Shown: positions 1-13,184 of the stretch, one piece after another
Numbering within the stretch: the first letter of the stretch is position 1
How the letters are laid out: each line of letters opens with the position of its first letter
DNA from: Isurus oxyrinchus
Taxonomy: Eukaryota
DNA: 64,000 bases
Reading direction: 5' to 3'
Assembly (NCBI GenBank): GCA_026770705.1
Contig: JANJGN010000005.1
Coordinates: forward strand, 166,904,001 to 166,968,000
The notes under the pieces: generated by a model
The model's database searches: none
The model's input: only the letters and a program-made list of their open reading frames with translations
Told to the model about the DNA's origin: nothing
Program-made: the position numbers and the translations under genes

Positions 1-554
1 GAAGAATATAATTTCCTAAGTATTATAAAATCATAGGTCACTCTGTGTTATGTGTGATGAGCTGTTTTTTTATGGTGGTATGAGCCAATTTATTTTAAAG
101 TAAGAAGTTGCTACAACCATGATAAATATTTGAATAACATCACTATATTAATTTTTAACTTTGCATTTAAACTAAACCTCCTTTGTATTGTTTGGATTTA
201 TGCTGCTGTCTAAGTTAAGCTTTAGAAAACATTCTGAAAATGTAATTTTAATTCAAATTCTGTCAAAAGCATAAGTGTACTTATCATAGTCCTTAAATAC
301 CTAAACCATATTTATATTGCAATCTTACTGCTAAAATATGGATTAGGTTATGGAGTACCTGTGTAAGCATTAAGGCAAAGCTTGGCTTGAACAGCATCCC
401 ATAAGCAAATTATTTCATTGCAACATAACATAGGTGTAAAGATTAGTCCTAATTGTTTTAGGGCATTTTCAAAAGATAATCAGAAATAATTACTGCAGTG
501 TGTTCACTTTACTAGTTTTTACTAAAGAACTCTACATAGGATTGACATTTTTAA

Positions 555-1192
555 AGTTATTTCTTGGGATTGGCATTACAATCAAGGCCAGCATTTTTTG
601 CTGACCTCAAGTTGCCCTTGAGAAGGTTCTGGCGGTGGGCCTTCTTCTGCCTACTGCAGTGCAACTGATGAATGTGCTAACACAATGTTGTTAAGAAGGG
701 TGTTCCAGGATTTGATACAGCCGCAATGAAGGAACAGTGATTTATGTCCAAGACAGGATTGTGTGTGTGACTTGGAAGGAAACATAAAGGTGGTGGTGTT
801 CCCATGCACCTGCTGCCCTTGTCCTGGAGGTGGCATGCTTGGGAGGTGCCAAAGGATTCATGGGTTGCAGCAATGCTTCCTGCAGATAGCACACACTGCA
901 GGCACAGTGTGCCAGTAATGGAGAGAACACATGTTTAAGCCAGTGAACGGAATCAAACAAGAAGACTGCTTTATCATGGATGCTGCTGAGCTTCTTGTGT
1001 TTTGTTGGAGCTGTAACTATCTAGGTTAAATGGGGAGTACTCCATTGCACTGCAGACTTGTGCTTTGTTGGTAGAAGAGAGACTTTGGGGGAATCAGGAG
1101 GGGCGCCACCCATTGCAGAATACTCTTTCTCTGGCTAGCTCTCGAAGCTATGACAGTTATACGGTTGGTCCAGTTTAGTTTCTGGTCAATGT
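555..1192 (-). mobile_element. CR1-clade LINE (family A), 3' fragment
   Basis: Homologous to the 3' end of the 7436-9895 element (ggccagcattt...gcccttgagaagg, ttccaggatt...cag, tggggagta.tccat); degenerate RT C-terminus. Confidence 0.75.
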
Positions 1193-1849
1193 GTATCAAG
1201 TAAGAGAGTAAATAATTTATCTTTTTCTCTCTTCAAATAGTCTGGACAATTGAAGGCCCAATCTGTCCGCTTCTCGCTCACATCTCATGCTGAGGAATAA
1301 GTTATTTATTCTCCACACATATTCCAACATTCACAAATGTGAAAACGCAAACTTATGATGTAGCTGTTTATCATCCAGTCAGCTTATTGCTGTTACAGTG
1401 GTGTTCAATTCACTCATCTGAAATCAGAGGGCAGAATTTAATGAAAAGAGCGAGATTCCTGACAGTGGAACCAGAAGTGGATGCCATTTCTGCACATATG
1501 TCGGGAGCTGTCGTGTATGCAGATATGATGCACATTATAAGTGTGTGCAGCAAGCCGGTGTACTGTGGGAAATTATGTGGCGGACTTCCTGTCTGCCCCC
1601 CTGTTGTCAGCTGACTCAATTGTATGTCGGGGCAGGCTATAAAATACCCACCTGTAAAAGCATCCAGCCACTGCAGGCAGCGAGAAGGAGGAGGAATCTG
1701 GGAACAAGGGCCACTGAAGCATTGTTTCCAATGCCCCCAGCCTCCATCCCTCATTTGCAGCTTACTACCATTAAGTCCCCATCACTTTCCCCTCGCCCAC
1801 AAAACAATCATTCTCTCATATCCCCATTGGCACCATGTTGGCTTGGGGG

Positions 1850-2890
1850 CAATGCGCAGCCCCATGTTTCAGTGATACCTTATGCAGGTTCTCCTCCAAG
1901 TCATCTGGGAATGATGAGAGGTACTCTTTCAAGTGATGGCATTGGAAAATCCTCCTTCGTGACCAGGGAGGCCTGGATGGGGATCACAGAGGAGGTGAGC
2001 AACCGTGAGGTCTACCAGCAGACCTGGGTGCAGTGCTACAACTGTGTCAATGACTTCCTCATCATCCACCTCCGTCAGCACAATTACACCCACACAGTCC
2101 GTTGACGTGTTACAGTTAGATTTGGAAGCACAATGTGGTGAGCACCACAGACACATCCCAGCAATTGAAGGAGGAAGTGACAGCCGGGTCCCCAGATAAT
2201 TGGAGGCCCCTGCTGAGCCTCAGACTGATGACAGACCAGTGGCCGCAGCCTTAGGAAGCCTGCTTGACAGGCAGCAGAGACTAGGGGAAAATATGGTGGA
2301 CTGCCAGGGATTATGCACAGCTTTGCATGGGGTGTGGAGTATTCCATGCACACCGTGAGTTCTGTCATGTCTCAGGCATTTGAACACATGCCTTCATCCA
2401 TGGAGAGGATGGCAACAGCAATGGAAAGCCAGGTCAAGAATTTGATCCATATCTGCTCTGACCTGCATTCTATTGCTCTACCTATGGGCTCAATGCGGAA
2501 GTGGCTGAGCAAGAGGGGGATGGGGCCCCTGAGCCTCCCTCCAGGAGCTGCTTCCCCTCAGGGAGACAGGGAGGTGCATTTGCACACCCAGATTGTGGAG
2601 GAGCATGTGCCAGCTGGCCTGGGGTCTTCATCTCAGGACACCCCAGTGTTAGTGATGTCTCCTTATCCCCTCCACCATTGACACCAACAGCTCCAGCAGG
2701 CAAGGCCAAGGAGGATGCCCCTGAACCAGTGCAGGAGATCGCCAGCGGGCTGGAGCCCTCAAGAGGATGATCGCCACAGTCATCCAAGGTAACAGGGCAT
2801 CTCACTGAGCAGAATCTCTCCACCTCAGCTGCTGAGATCGGGTCTACACTTAGACATAGTGCTAGCAAAAAAAAATGGAACAAAGTATGA
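1850..2890 (+). pseudogene. Harbinger-associated Myb/SANT-like DNA-binding protein, decayed
   Basis: W..I.EEV......TW.QC...VND motif followed by an amphipathic MERMATAME segment and a Pro-rich tail; frameshifted. Confidence 0.6.
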
Positions 2891-3635
2891 GCATTAAGGT
2901 AGCATGGGTGATTTTTTTCCATGTCTTTCTCACTTGTTAAAATAGGCACAATACAATTTGTTTTCTGTAAACATTCACAATTATTGAGAAATGTTGGGGC
3001 CTGTCATGGCCTCAGATGTAACATGGCCCACTCCATGTTTCTCACAAGGTGATGACTGGAGAAGAGATAGGGACACAGACATTAACCCTCAATGAGGTGT
3101 GTTGCATTTTTGTGCATTCCTTATTAAAAGTTCATGTAAATTGTTGTTTTTGTGGTGATCATTCTGTGGAACATGGCTTAAAAAGCAGACCCAGCTGCGT
3201 CCCCCGCCCACATCTAGGTACTCGAGAGGATTTTGGCCCTATTCAGTCTCAGGGATGTAAATGAGTCAGGTGTAGTTGCGTTCAAATTACTACAAAGATG
3301 GTGCTGGATCAGATTAATTGGGCAAGGCAGGCTGTTAAATGAATGTTCATGTGCTCCTAAGATGTACCCCCACTCAGTAAAGAGAGTGTGTGACGAAGCT
3401 CCACTCCCTTTTCTACTCTAGATGATAGAGGATGCAGGTTTATAGTTAATTTGGCAAGGGAGAATGGCAGGGCTAGGTCTACGCCCCAGGAAGGCGATGG
3501 AAGTCTGGCGATAGAGTGATGGTCATGCAGATGTGTTATTTTTGTGTGAACCTTGTGTAGGTCAGGTTGTTCCTGGCATTCCTTGCATGTCTCTCCATGG
3601 CCCTGGCATCCATGAAAGGGTCCATTGGATTTATG

Positions 3636-4295
3636 GGGCAGAATTTTGCCCTTGTCGGGCGGGGGTGGTGGCCGGGCCCGGGAGTGGTCACGAAGCCGAC
3701 TGCTGCCCGTGATTGGGTCCCGACATGGGTTTCACACTGGCTGGCCAATGAATGGTGTAACACGTGCTGCAGCGCTGCTGGGGTGGGGGTGGGGAGGAGC
3801 ATGAGTGCGGGATTGTGTGCATGCATGGGGGTGTGCACAGTAAAAGCTCCCTGAGGCACAGCGCTGTTTCAGGGAGCTGAAGAATTTTGAAAGTAAAAAA
3901 TAAAGAATTTAAAAATGTTAATAACAGGTCCCCTCATGTGACTCTGTCACATGAACAGGGATATGTTAGAAATTAGTTTGAAATTTTTTTATTTTTTTAA
4001 AATCACTGATCAAAACCTCACCCTGCCCGTAGGTGAGGTCTCCCCAAAAATCCAAAGGCTGCTTGGCCTTTTCACCTGCCTGCTAACAGTAAGGTTGGAC
4101 AGGCAGTGGAAAAATTCATTTAATTGGAACTTTAATGGCTTTAATAGGCCTGTTCATTGTTGGTGGGCGCGCTGCCGAATAAAATATTGTGCGAGTGTGC
4201 GACAATGTCGGGATGCTCGCCCGACATCATCGCGTGTCATTTTACGCTAGTTCAGGTGGGGCGCGTGGCTGCCTGGTGAGTGCAAAATTCTGTCC
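3636..4295 (+). mobile_element. Harbinger-like MITE family A, copy 1
   Basis: TIRs gggcagaatttt / aaaattctgtcc; 3-bp TSD ATG (3633-3635, 4296-4298); internal ccctgaggca...tcaggg hairpin. Strand is arbitrary family orientation. Confidence 0.9.
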
Positions 4296-6197
4296 ATGGT
4301 TCTCATCCATTTAACTAATTATTAAGGAGTCCCTTTAATCAGCCAGTTGTGAACAACATGAACTTCAACCACCCAAAACCGCTCTCCTCCCACTTCAAAA
4401 GATCAGAAAAGCTGCGCTTGAAAAGAGACATTAAAATTATGTGCGTGTGACTTATGAAACCTGATCCTATACCTTCTACTCTTTCCCTGTCATCTTCATG
4501 CTTGCCCCTATCACCCTTGACCCATCCAGCTTAACCTTTCCTCTCCACCCTGTTACCCTTGAATCTCCCACCTGTTACCCTGAACTCTTTTACCATTTCC
4601 CTGTACATGCCATCTCTTCACCCGGTGCTGACAGCTGTGACCATCCATGACCCTGAATCCTTCCAATATCCTCCTCCATGCTTTTGTTCACTCCTGTGAC
4701 CCACTCCATGAGACCTTTCAAAACCCAGCCATGACTCTGGACTTGCCGCCATACTGAGGAGAACTCCTCCCTTTGACTGGGGTTGTTCCCTCCACCACCC
4801 AGCATCCTTAATTCAACCCTCAGGACAACATAATTGATAGCACTGACCTCGCCTTATAGTACATTCATCTTTCTTTCAACCCCTTACAGGACCACCACAC
4901 TCATGATGCTAGGCCCTTCCCTCCATGGCACCTCCCTACACCCAAACACCAACCTCTGCCCACCCTCCCTTCCCTCCAGCACACTTCCCTGCACCCGAAC
5001 ACCAAACTTTCACTTTGTGCCACAGAGTTCAACATGGAGAATTCCTTACCTTCATCACAATTGTACAAAACCAACTGGTGCATGCGACCTTTAATCGATC
5101 ATGAACTGGGTGCCAGGAGATTCTCGTGTGCTGCTCACTTTATCCTGAGGGTAGGACTTTATTCAAAACTGTTTCATGTTAATGAGTATTCATGGAATGC
5201 AAATGTATTACAAGTATGAATGCGCCACAGGCCAGCGTAATGCTCATCACGTCACAAACACACCACTGACTTTATCCCTGCATCTAAACCCACCATTGGG
5301 AAATTGAAATTTCGCATTCTGCCTAATTAATCACCCTACATGACACATTTCCCTAAAATGCCCCCTCCAGTGTCAGTGACCCTCAACCTTCCATTTGTCA
5401 TCTTAGAGCCTCTCCAATCAGCCTCTAGCTGCCTACTGTCATTCTGGGGCCTCCTTCCATCATCTTTGACCTGCCCTCGGTATCCTCTGACTCTCCCCCA
5501 GAGACACGACCTTCTCTCCCTCAAGCTGGAACTGTTCTCTATCAATCTAGGTCTCCCCTCCTTGACTGTTGACCTGCTAGGCATGGTACAGCTACCTCAT
5601 TTGGACACACAGGACAAGAACCCAGAAACAATGGACCCCATCCGATAGGCCTGAGCCTGGCTCCATTTGGGCACCTCCTCCCACTCTGGTCCCAAACATG
5701 CCAGTGCCTTGCTGCACTGTCATGTGAGGCCCCGACGACAATGACCCTCTCAGCAGCCCACTAGCTGCGCAGTTTGAGGCCCCGACCACCAGTACTCATC
5801 TCACCTCCCTCCCTCTATGTTACCACTACTGGACCTTCCAGCTTCTGTTGCTCCCCTCCCCTGTGTCATTCAGTTAGAAAAAGACAAAACTTCAGCTCAG
5901 ATTCTAAGATTGAACAACCTCGCCTGGTGCACATCACCCTTAAGCTGTCACAGTCCAGGATGGCACAAGTTTCCTGCATGCCACTAGCTTAATCTTGAAG
6001 GTAACTCTTAATTTGAAAAAGTTTCCCTTCAATAAATATTCATGGCATGCAGAGGCAAGGAAAATAGGTTCCTGGCACTGGATGACATAATGCCTGCTCT
6101 GCCATTGAAACGCCACTGGCTTAATTTCAAAAAATGCAACCACATTGTCGGGAAACCAAAATTAAGTCAACCCACCCACCTCCCCCTCCCATAGGCT

Positions 6198-6520
6198 CCA
6201 TTAGAGTGATAGAGCGCAGAAGGAAGATGTTCAACCCATTGAGTCTGTGTCAACTCTTTGAAAAAACTAACAATTCCAATCCCCTGCTCTTTCCCCGGAG
6301 GCCTTCATATTTTTAACGTTCAAATGTTAATCCAATTTCCTTTTGAAGTTTATTTTGAATGACTTTCGCCAACATTGCAGACAGCGCATTTCAGATCATA
6401 ACAAGTTACGGTGCTCAAAAAAAGAAATCACATCTCGCCTTTGGTTATTTTGCTAATCACTTTAAATCTGTGTCCTCTGCTTCCCAATCCTTCTGCTACA
6501 GCAAAACGTTGCTCCACAAC
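6198..6520 (-). mobile_element. CR1-type LINE 3' tail fragment (old)
   Basis: Resembles the other CR1 3' tails in the window (gaaggaagatgttcaacccattgagtctg, gcatttcagatcataac). Confidence 0.5.
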
Positions 6521-7080
6521 ACTGTCCACACCCTAGATGAAAACGATTAGCATGGCAAATTTCCACTGTTGCACCCATTTGCCACCACTCGAGGAGATTC
6601 TAACAATTAAGCTCATTTTCATGCACCTAGGCACCAGAAGACATATTTTAAAAGTTGCTAAACATTAAAAAAATTAACTTACAAATAACTACAAGAGTGC
6701 TACAATGAAACCAGAAAAAATGATCAGTTTACTTTGACGTAATTCATTTCAGTGACATGCCCAATAAAGACATGACATGTTCATAACTTTAAACATGGAT
6801 TGTATTCGGTGTAGAATTTTCTGGAACTGCTTTCTCTTTTTAAAAATAGACATTAAAAGCTGTTTAGATGGCTGCCGAGGGTCGAGTGATGCTTGCAATT
6901 TTTGCAATATATCAATGATAATTTTGTAATGCAAAGAAAATAAAAGTTGCTTGCTATTGTGATGCCTGATTGTCCTGGTTCATGGGAGATTTTACGTAAG
7001 TGCTGATGCAACTTGTTTGGGCAGGAATTTGAACCGTAACTTCAATTTGGAAAATGAAGGTGATCACAAGTGCAATTTCT

Positions 7081-10000
7081 GAACATATGAACATACAAAA
7101 TAGGAGCAGAAGTAGGCCATTCAGCCTCTCGAGTCTGCTCCACCATTCATTAAGATCATGGCTGATCTTCTTGTGTTTTGATTTCCACATTCCCATCTAC
7201 TTCTGATAACCTTTGATTCCTTTGCCTAAATAGAATCTATCTACCTCTGCCCTAAAAATATTCAATGAACCTGCCTCCATGACCTTCTGAGGCAGAGAGT
7301 TCCAAAGTTGCACAGCCCTCTGAGAGAAAACAATTCTCCTCATCTCTGTCCTAAAACAGCGAACCCTAATTTTAAAACAGTGCCCTCTAGTTCAGGATTC
7401 ATCCACAAAAGGAAACATCCTTTCCAATGCTGTTCTTTTTTTAAATTAATTCATGGGATGTCAGTTTTGCTGTCTGGGCCAGCATTTATTGCCCATCCTT
7501 AGTTACCCATGAGAAGGTTGTGGTGAGTTGCCATCTTGAACTATTGCAGTTCATGTGGTGTAGGTACAGCCACAGTGCTTTTAGGGAGGGAGTTCCAGGA
7601 TTTTGACCCAGTGACAGCCAAGAAGCTGTGATATATTTCCAAGTCAGGATGGTGAGTGACTTGGAGGGGAACTTCCAGGTGGTGGTGCTCCCATCTATCT
7701 GCTACCCTTGCCCTTCTAGATGGTTGTGGGCATGCGTTTGGAAGGCGCTGTCTAAGGAGCCTTGGTGAATTCCTGCAGTGAACCTTGTAGATGGTACACG
7801 TTGCTGCTAATGTGCGGTGATGGTGGAGGGAGTGACTGTTTGTGGATGTGGTGCCAAACAAGTGGGCTGTTTTGTCCTGGATGGTGTCAAGCTTCTTGAG
7901 CGTTGTGGGAGCTGCACTCATCCAGGCAAATGGGGAGTATTCCATCACACTCCTTACTTATGCCTTGTAGATGATGAACAGGCTTTGGAGAGTCAGGAGG
8001 TGAGTTATTTGCTGCCGGATTCTGAGCCTATGACCAGCCCTTGTAGCCACAGTATTTATGTGGTTAGTCCAGTTCAGTTTCTGTTCAATGGTGTTGATAG
8101 TGGGGGATTCAGTGACAATAATGCCATTGAACATCAGAAGACGATGGTTAGAGGCTCTCTTGTTGGAGATGGTCATTGTCTGGCACTTGTGTTGTGTGCA
8201 TGTTACTTGCCACTTGTGAGCCCAAGCCTGGATATTGTCCAGGTCTTGCTGCATTTGGACATGGACTGCTTCAGTATCTGAGGAGTCGCGAATGATGCTG
8301 AACTTTATGCAAACATCAGTGAACATCCCCACTTCTGACTTTATGATGGAAGGAAAGTCACTGATGAAGCAGCTGAAGGTGGTTGGGCTGAGGACACTTC
8401 CCTAAGGAACTCCTGCAATGATATCCTGGAGCTGAGATGACTGACCCCCAACAGCCACAACCATCTTCCTTTCTCCTAGGTATGACTCCAACCTGTGTAG
8501 AACTTTGACTCCCATTGACTCCAGTGTTGCTAGGGTTACTTGATGCCTCACTTGGTCAAATGTGGCTGTGATGTCAAGGGCAGTCACTCTCACCTCACCT
8601 TGGGTGTTTAGCTCTTTTGTCCATTTTTGAACCAAGGATGTAATGAGGTCAGGAACTGAGTGGTTCTGGCAGAACCCAAACTGGGCATCAGCGAGCAAGC
8701 TATTGCTAAGCAAGTGCTGCTTGATAGCACCATTGATGAACCCTTCCATTACTTTACTGATGATGGAGAAGAGGCTGATGGGGAGGTAATTGGCCGGGTT
8801 GGATTTGTCCTGCTTTTTGTGTACGGGACATACCTGGGCAATTTTTTACATAGCTGGGTAGATGCCAGTGTTGTAGCTGTACTGGAACAGCCTTGCTAGG
8901 GGTGCGGCAAGTTCTGGAGCACAAGTCTTCAGTGCTATTGCCGGAATATGTCACGGCCCATAGTCTTCGCAGTATCCAGTGCCTTCAGCCGTTCCTTGAT
9001 ATCATGGGGAATAAATTGCATTGACCTGAAGACTTGCGTCTGTAATGCTGGGGACCTCCGGAGGAGGCTGAGATGGATCATCCACTTGGCACTTCTGGCT
9101 GAAGATTGTAGCAAATGCTTCAGTCTTATCTTTTGCACTGATGTGCTGGGCTTCCGCACCATTGTAAATGGGGGTATTTGTGGAGCCACCTCCTCCAGTG
9201 AGTTGTTTAATTGTCCACCACCATTCATGACTGGATATGGCAGGACTGCAGAACTTAGATCTGATCCGTTGGTTTTGGGATCACTTGCTCTGTCTATCAC
9301 TTGCTGCTTATGCTGTTTCGCACTTAAGGTAGTCCTGTGTTATAGCTTCATCAGGTTGACACCTCTTTTTAAGTATGCCTGGTGCTGCTCCTGGCATGCC
9401 CTCCTGCCCTGGCTTGATGGTAATGGTAGAGTGGGGGATATGACGGGCCATGAGGATATGCCTCATGGATGCCCATTCTTGAGTTGCTAGATCTGTTCAA
9501 AATCTCTCCCATTTAGCACAGTGGTTGTGCCACACAACACGATGGAGGGTCTCCTCAATGTGAAGGCATGACTTCATCTCCGCAACGACAGTGCATTGAT
9601 CACTCCTAGTGATACTGTCATGGACAGATGCATCTGCAGCAGGCAGGTTGGTGAAGATGAGGTTAAGTATGTTTTTCCCTCTTGTTGGTTCCCTCACCAC
9701 CTGCCACAAACACAGTCTAGCAGTTATGTCCTTTAGGACTCAGCAAGCTCGGTCAGTAGTGGTGCTACCAAGACACTCTTGGTGATGAACATTGAAGTCC
9801 CCCACCATTCTGTGCCCTTGCCACCCTCATTGCTTCCTCCAAGTGGCATTCAACATTGAGGAGAACTGATTCATGAGATGAGGGAGGGCAGTAGATATCA
9901 AGTCACCCCTCACTCTTCTAAACACCAGTGGAAACAAGCCCCGTCTGTCTAATATTCCTTCCTAAGACAACCCACTTATTCCAGTTATCAATCTAGTAAT

Positions 10001-13000
10001 CTTCCTCTGAACCCTCTCCAAAGCATTTACACCCTTCCTTAAAGAAGACCAAAACTGCACACAATATTTTAGATGTATTCTCAACAATGCCCTGAATAAC
10101 TAAAGCATAACATCTTTACATATATGTTCATTTCCTCTCATGATAAAGGATAGCAGCCCATTAGCGTTCTTAGTTACTTGCTGTACCTGCATACTACCTT
10201 TTTGTAACTCATACTAAAACACCTATGTCCCTCTGCACCTCAGAATTCTGCAGCCATTCTCCATTTAAGTAATTCTCTGCTTTTTTATTCTTCCTGCCAA
10301 AATGAACAACTTCACATTTTCCCACATTATGCTCCATCTGCTATGTTTTCCCGCTCACTCAACCTCTCTATTTCCATCTGCAAATTCCTTATGCCCTCCT
10401 CACTACATACTTTCCTACCTATCTTTGTGTCATCAGCAAATTTAGCTATCATGCCTTCACTACCCTCATCTGAGTCATTGATATAAATTGTAAAAAGTTG
10501 AGGACCGAGCACAGACTCCTTTGGGACTCTACTCATCACATCCTGCCAATCAGAAAAATACCCATTTATGCATACTCTCTTTTCTGCTAGCCATTCTAAA
10601 ATGTGACCCCCTACACCACGGGCTTTTATATTCTGCAATAATCTTCGATGTGGTAACTAGTCAAATGCCTTCTGAAAATACAAGTACAGTACGTCTACAG
10701 GCTCCCCTTTACCCACAGCACATTACTACTTCAAAGAACTCCAATAAATTGATTAAACATGATTTCCCTTTCATACAACCATGCTGACTCTACCTGATTA
10801 CCTTGATTTCCCTCAGTGCCCAGCTATAACCTCCTTAATGATCAATTCTAATTCCTTCCCCACAACAGATATCAAGCTAACTGCCTCCCTTCTTGAATAG
10901 AGGGATTATATTTGCTACTCTCCAGTCTGATGGAACCTTTCCAGAATTTAGCGAATTTTGGAAAATAAACATCAACACATCTACTACCTCATTAGCCACA
11001 TCTTTTAAGACCCAAGAGTGAAATCCATTAAGATCCAGAGACTTACCAGCCCGCAGCTCCATCAGTTTGCCCAGTACCGCTTCCCTAGTGATTATAATTT
11101 CACCAAGTTCCCCTCTCCCTTCCACCTCCTGATTTACAGCTATTCCTGGAATGTTTTTTGTCTTCTCTATGGCAAAATATTTCTTCATTTCATCCACCAT
11201 GTCCTTATTATCTATTATTAACTCCCCATTGTCATTCTCTAGAGGACCAACACTCACTTAACTTATTTATTCCTTTTGAAACAACACTTGCTATCCATTT
11301 TTACATTTCTAGCTAGCTTCCTCTCATACTCTAATTTCTTTCTCCCAGTTAACCTTTTAGCCAGTTTCTGCCATTCTTTATACTCTGACCAATCATCTGA
11401 CCTGCCACTTATCTTTGCGCATTTATATGCTTTTTCCTTAAGCTTGTTGCTTTCCCTAACTTCTTTAGTTAATCATGGATGTTGGGTCCTCCCATTAGAA
11501 ATTTTCTTTATCGTAGAAATATACTTATTCTGAGTATTTTGAAATATTCCCTTAAATGTCTCCCACTGCTACTCTACTGATCTATCCTCTCGCCTAGTAT
11601 CCCAGTTTATTTCAGCTAGCTCAGCTCTCATGCCCACATAGATGCCCTTATTTAAGTTTAAAATGCTCATCTTAGACCCACTCTGCTCCCTTTCAAACTG
11701 GGTGTAAAATTCAATCATGTTGTGGCCACTGTTACCTGGGGTGCCTTCACTCTGAGGTCATTAATTAATACTGTCACATTACACAATACCAAGCCTAATA
11801 TAACCTGCTCTCTGGTTGGTTCCAAAATGTGCTGCTCTAAGAAACTATCTCAAAAACATTCTATGAAATCCTCGTCCAGGTTATTACTGCCAATCTGATT
11901 TTTCCAGTTTATATGCCGATTAAAATCACCCATAATTATTGCTGTCCTTTTATCACAAGCACACAATTTTTCTTCTTGTATACTTTGCCCTAAATTGTGG
12001 TTATTGTTATGGGGCCTGTAGTGTTTCCCACTAGTGATTTCTTTCTCCGACTATTTCTTATCTCCACACAAGCTGATTTAATATCCTGATCTCCTGAACC
12101 AAGGTCATCTCTAACTATTGCACAAATGGCATCCTTGATCAACAGTGCTACCCCTCCACCTTTATCTAGCTTCCTATTCTTCTTGATGGTCATATACCCC
12201 TCAACATTTAGCACTCAATCTTTGTCATCCTGCAGCCATGTCTCCGTAATGGCTTTCAGATCATATTTATTGACTTCAATTTGCGCTATCAATTCATTTA
12301 CTTTGTTATGAATGCCACACACATTCAGATACAGAGCCTTTAGTTTTATCTTTTTGTTAACTTTTTAACATCTAGTCTTGACTACTGGTGCAATCTTAGG
12401 TTTTATCTCTCTGCCCCTTCCTGCCATTCTATGACCCTCAATTCCCATACTACTATTATGGTTTCCTGCCTTGAATCTACCCCTTGATTTGCCACATCTA
12501 CCCAAGTTTGATTGCTCAACTCCATTTTTTAGTTTAAAGCCCTCTTGATTTCCCTAGTTATGTGATTCACAAGAACATTCAATCCAGCATGTTTCAGGTA
12601 TAGACTGTCCCAATGGTATAGCCCCCACTTTCCCCAGTACTGGTGCTTGTGCCCACAAACTAAAACCCACTTCTCCTACACCAGCCTTTGAGCCATGCAT
12701 TCATCTCTCTAATCTTATTTGTCTTATGCCAGTTTGCCTGTGGCTCAGGTAATAATCCAAAGATAATTATCATTGAGGTTCTACTCCTTAATTTGGCACG
12801 TAGCTTCTCACACTGACTATAGAGAACCTCCTTCCTTGGTCCTGCCTTTGTCATTGGCACCTACAGGGACCACAACAACTGAAAACTACTCCTCCCACTG
12901 CAAGTTCCTCTCCAGCCCTGGGCAGAATTCTCAAACCCAGGCACGCAGCAGGCAATACAGTGTTCTGGACTCTTGCTCTTTGCTGCAGAGAACAGTGTAA

Positions 13001-13145
13001 ATCTCCCTCAATCTCCCCTACTACCACTACATTCCTGTTTGCTCCCCCTGCTTGAACGGCTTTCTGTTTACACTTTTTGGAAATATTTGTCCTTGATTGC
13101 CTTGGTGTCCAAAAGCTCCCACATTCCACAGCTGCAACAGAACAG
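7081..13145 (-). mobile_element. Near full-length CR1 LINE (family B): ORF1 plus ORF2 (APE and RT), decayed, interrupted by a family A LINE
   Basis: ORF1-like VVVVGE / IIIFGLLPEP...WLKGWCRRSGF (12660-13129); APE-like KGGGVALLIK (11990-12214); RT KVPSDWRVANIIPLFKKG and SVLGPQLFTIYIND...KFADDTKI (10327-11257); 3' tail gaacatatgaacata at 7081. Confidence 0.9.
7436..9895 (-). mobile_element. CR1-clade LINE (family A), 5'-truncated, nested in the family B LINE
   Basis: APE end (REPTRGKNILNLIFTN), RT (QFGF, ALDI..TFD, GVP), C-terminus MEYSPFAWMSAAPTTLKKLDTIQ; ends gggcaataaatgctggcc...A-rich tail at ~7436. The host LINE resumes near 9897. Confidence 0.9.
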
Positions 13146-13184
13146 CTGTCCTGCCATTGTTACTTATGTTATTTAGTTAACCTG

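Larger units (their letters stand above)
1429..5325 (+). mobile_element. PIF/Harbinger-type DNA transposon relic (Myb/SANT gene on +, probable nuclease remnant on -)
   Basis: Starts with TIR-like gggcagaattt at 1429. Myb-like peptide REAWMGITEEVSNREVYQQTWVQCYNCVNDF (~1967-2057); C-terminal block SSMERMATAMESQV resembles the other copies; minus-strand AMERHARNARNNL..RF* at 3536-3625 may be a nuclease C-terminus. Right end uncertain. Confidence 0.5.

Noticed and set aside
7817-9490. 154-aa and 180-aa plus-strand ORFs
   Set aside because: Antisense to LINE ORF2; shadow frames.
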